Source of the DNA: Azolla caroliniana
Lineage: Eukaryota > Plantae > Polypodiophyta
Direction of reading: 5' to 3'
Assembly: GCA_043228905.1 (NCBI GenBank)
Contig: JBHGNT010000001.1
Span: 8,680,001-8,744,000, forward strand
Length of the DNA: 64,000 bases
The translations under genes were made by a program, and so were the position numbers. The notes beneath the pieces are model-generated. The model made no database searches and had not been told where the DNA came from. It saw only the letters and a program-made list of their open reading frames with translations. Positions 61,211-64,000 of this stretch are shown here, in pieces. Numbering within the stretch: the stretch's first letter is position 1; the number at the start of each line of letters is the position of its first letter.

Positions 61211-61939
61211 TGTTGGGATTTCGGTCCCTCCGGATGGGATGTCCGGAGATGAATGACGGCAAGCCCGGTTGCAGTTACGGAGCCGGATGATGAAGACCCC
61301 GGTTATGGAACCGGATGATGAAGACCCCGGTTATGGAACCGGATGATGAAGACCCCGGTTATGGAACCGGATGATGAAGACCCCGGTTATGGAACCGGAT
61401 GATGAAGACCCTGGTTACGGAGCCGGATGATGAAGACCCCGGTTACGGAGCCGGATGATGAAGACCCCGGTTACGGAACCGGATGATGAATGTACCCGGA
61501 GAGAGATCCGGATGCGGAGACATATTTGTGAATATGTTTGCCAAGAGCCCTTGAGGCTATATTTGTAAATAGCCCGAAAGTCATATGTGTATAAATATGA
61601 CTTAGGGCAAACAGTTTTTGTAGTTGCTCATTTTTCATGAGAAGTGAGAGCAGCCGAGAGAGAGAGAGTGAGAGACGAAGAGGTCGTTGCCTCTGTGTAT
61701 TACCGCCGCCTGTGGCGAAGACAGTGAGCTCAAGGTTGCTGCCTTGTAGCTTCACCAGTGTACATCCCTGTTCATAGTGATAGTTGGAGTTTGAGGACTC
61801 CCGTGGTTTTTCCCATTTAGGGTTTTCCACGTAAAACATCCAGTGTACCTTTCTCTCTATTGTTTTGTGCATTTTCTATTTCCTGTTTTCTGTGCGTTGA
61901 TCCCATTCCTCGGTTGTGGCCGAGCACTGTTTTCCAACA
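61211..61939 (+). repeat. 5' LTR of Copia F with a 28-bp tandem array (61274-61488, ~7.7 units)
   Basis: TGTTGGGA...CCAACA; PBS TGGTATCAGAGC at 61943. Unit CCGGATGATGAAGACCCCGGTTAYGGAR starts at 61283, 61311 ... 61479. Confidence 0.92.
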
Positions 61940-61970
61940 AACTGGTATCAGAGCGACGGTAACACAGAAA

Positions 61971-64000
61971 ATGGAAGGCGGCAGCAGCGGGCAGCCAGGA
62001 ATGATGGTGCTGAATGCGCAGAATTACGCCGACTGGAAGATCAAGATGGAGGATCTTCTGATTGTTCGGGACCTGTACGAACCGATTGACAGGTCGGAAA
62101 TACCGAAGGGAGTACTTGAGTCGGAGTGGAAGCTCCTGAACCGGAAAGCCGTAGCAACGATCCGACAATATGTCGATGTAAGCGTCCTACAACATGTGGC
62201 GAATGACACCAACGCATATGAGATGTGGAAGAAGCTGTCGGGCCTCTACGAGAGGAAGAATGCGATGAACCGGACCTCCCTGATGAGGAAGATTGTGAAT
62301 CTCAAGTACCGGGACGGCGAGAGTATGGTGGAACACGTAAGCACGTTCATGGGATTCGTGAACCAGCTTGCGGCGATCAAGTTCCCGCTGGAGGACGCAA
62401 TGCAAGCCATCATTTTGATGTGTACATTGCCGGAAAGCTGGGAGAACTTGGTGGTAACTCTCAGCACCTCCTGCACCGAAGATAACTTGTCCTTACAAAC
62501 GGTAAAGACAAGTATTTTGAATGAAGAAGCGCGTCGGAGAGATAAAGAACCGGCCTCCGACTCGAAGGCGCTGCTCACCGAATCGGAATGGGGAAGACAT
62601 CGGAACCGGAGTCCGCAAAGACGGGAGAAGTCGGGGACCCGGTCGCAGTCAAGAGGAAGGCCCACATGCTTCCACTGTGGGAAGACGGGGCACTTCCGGA
62701 AGAATTGTCGGCATTACCGAAAGGACAACGGAGCCGACGACACCGATTCGAAGAAGTCACCGGAGAGAAACGGTGCATACCGGAGAGCGACGGACCGGAG
62801 AGGTTCGGATCGGCGAGGGCAGGACCGGAAAGGAACGACGGCACTCGCGGCAAGTGAAGAAGAGATAATGCTCATTACCGAAGAGAGGGAGCTGAACCTT
62901 GCCGGCGTAGAGATGACCTGGGTGGTCGATTCCGGAGCGTCGTTCCACCTGACCCCGGAGAAGAAATACTTCTCATCCTACACAGCCGGTGAGCACGGCT
63001 TTGTCCGGATGGGAAATGAAGGTACATGCCGGATTGCCGGCATAGGAGACGTGTGGTTGATGACATCAACCGGATGTAAGATGCTGCTGAAGGATGTTCG
63101 ACACGTTCCGGAGGTTCGATTGAACCTGATTTCGGCTGGGAGGCTAGACGATGAAGGCTACACGGGTAGCATCCGGAACGGTGTCATGAAGTTCAGCAAA
63201 GGGAGCCTGATAGTGGCTCGGGCCCGGAAGGTCAACACCCTGTACCTGATGAATTCCCGGCTCTGTCCGGAGGAGCTGAACGTGGCAGCCGACATTGCCG
63301 GTGAGCTGTGGCACAAGAGACTGTGCCACATGAGTGAGAAGGGGATGAAGAGGCTTGCAGAAGACAACCTTATTCCAGTGAAGCATGTGCACCTGGAGAA
63401 GTGCACCGACTGCCTGGCCGGTAAGCAAAACCGGACCTCCTTCCACTCAAGGCCACCGACGAGACGTAGCGCACCATTGGAGCTGGTGCACACTGATGTG
63501 TGTCAGGTAGAAACGAAGTCACATGGCGGAGCCCAGTACTTCGTGACATTCATTGATGACGACAGCCGGAAGCTGTGGACGGCACCGTTGAAGACAAAGG
63601 ACCAAGTGTTGTCCGTCTTCAAAGAACTCCACGCGAGAGTGGAAAGGGAATCCGGCAAGAAGCTGAAAGCGATACGAGCGGATAACGGAGGGGAATACCG
63701 GGGGCAGTTCCAGGAGTACTGTCGCTCGAAGGGAATCCGGCTCGAGTTTACTGTGCCGAAGACGCCGGAACTGAACGGGCTGGCCGAGAGGATGAACCGG
63801 ACCATAATGGAGAGGGTCCGGAGTATGCTGGCGCATGCGAAATTACCCAAGGGGTTTTGGGCTGAGGCGATGTCGACGGCGACATACGTGATAAACAGAT
63901 CACCCTCAGTACCTTTGGACGGAGACACGCCGCAGAGAGTGTGGACCGGTAGGGAAGTATCCTACCGGCATCTGAAGGTGTTCGGGTGTCTCGCATACGT
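61971..64000 (+). CDS. Copia F (Tnt1/Tork-like) gag-pol, open to the window end
   Basis: MEGGSSGQPGMMVLNAQNYADWKIKMEDLL.., CFHCGKTGHFRKNC, VDSGASFH, WHKRLCH, HTDVC, RADNGGEY, NGLAERMNRT. No stop noticed; runs off the window. Confidence 0.9.
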   Translation, partial: MEGGSSGQPGMMVLNAQNYADWKIKMEDLLIVRDLYEPIDRSEIPKGVLESEWKLLNRKAVATIRQYVDVSVLQHVANDTNAYEMWKKLSGLYERKNAMNRTSLMRKIVNLKYRDGESMVEHVSTFMGFVNQLAAIKFPLEDAMQAIILMCTLPESWENLVVTLSTSCTEDNLSLQTVKTSILNEEARRRDKEPASDSKALLTESEWGRHRNRSPQRREKSGTRSQSRGRPTCFHCGKTGHFRKNCRHYRKDNGADDTDSKKSPERNGAYRRATDRRGSDRRGQDRKGTTALAASEEEIMLITEERELNLAGVEMTWVVDSGASFHLTPEKKYFSSYTAGEHGFVRMGNEGTCRIAGIGDVWLMTSTGCKMLLKDVRHVPEVRLNLISAGRLDDEGYTGSIRNGVMKFSKGSLIVARARKVNTLYLMNSRLCPEELNVAADIAGELWHKRLCHMSEKGMKRLAEDNLIPVKHVHLEKCTDCLAGKQNRTSFHSRPPTRRSAPLELVHTDVCQVETKSHGGAQYFVTFIDDDSRKLWTAPLKTKDQVLSVFKELHARVERESGKKLKAIRADNGGEYRGQFQEYCRSKGIRLEFTVPKTPELNGLAERMNRTIMERVRSMLAHAKLPKGFWAEAMSTATYVINRSPSVPLDGDTPQRVWTGREVSYRHLKVFGCLAY

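Noticed and set aside
61274-61488. 28-bp repeats as a CRISPR array
   Set aside because: Head-to-tail units with no unique spacers, inside a eukaryotic LTR, and no cas genes.

Overview
Land-plant nuclear DNA, plausibly a fern or other seed-free plant (inference from gene divergence and TE types). 1-19 kb is gene space. It holds an ARMADILLO-REPEAT-ONLY (ARO)-like gene (+, 447-2402), a decayed Copia remnant, and a four-exon BAH + TFIIS-N (SUO-like) gene (-, 6612-13370, 1697 aa). From 19.2 kb to the end is one deeply nested LTR-retrotransposon pile that starts inside an L1-LINE remnant. Old Copia elements (A/A', C) host Ty3/Gypsy elements (G1, G2, G3, H, three lone LTRs) and young Copia elements (D, E, F). 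The main candidate for an undescribed system is a tRNA-Trp-primed, chromodomain-less Gypsy clade, with one intact very young copy (G2, 43125-50450). (i) It makes 4-bp target-site duplications, and all six insertions here have an R-CG-N target centred on a CpG. (ii) It expresses Pol through a -1 frameshift at G_GAU_UUU-UAG after Gag-protease, followed by a conserved stem-loop. (iii) It has a U5 motif complementary to the primer tRNA T-arm. (iv) One LTR subfamily carries a tRNA-like Pol III A/B-box module. A second oddity is the old Copia family: it has a conserved ~200-aa in-frame tail after RNase H and two polypurine tracts. All alignments, counts and folds were done by eye.
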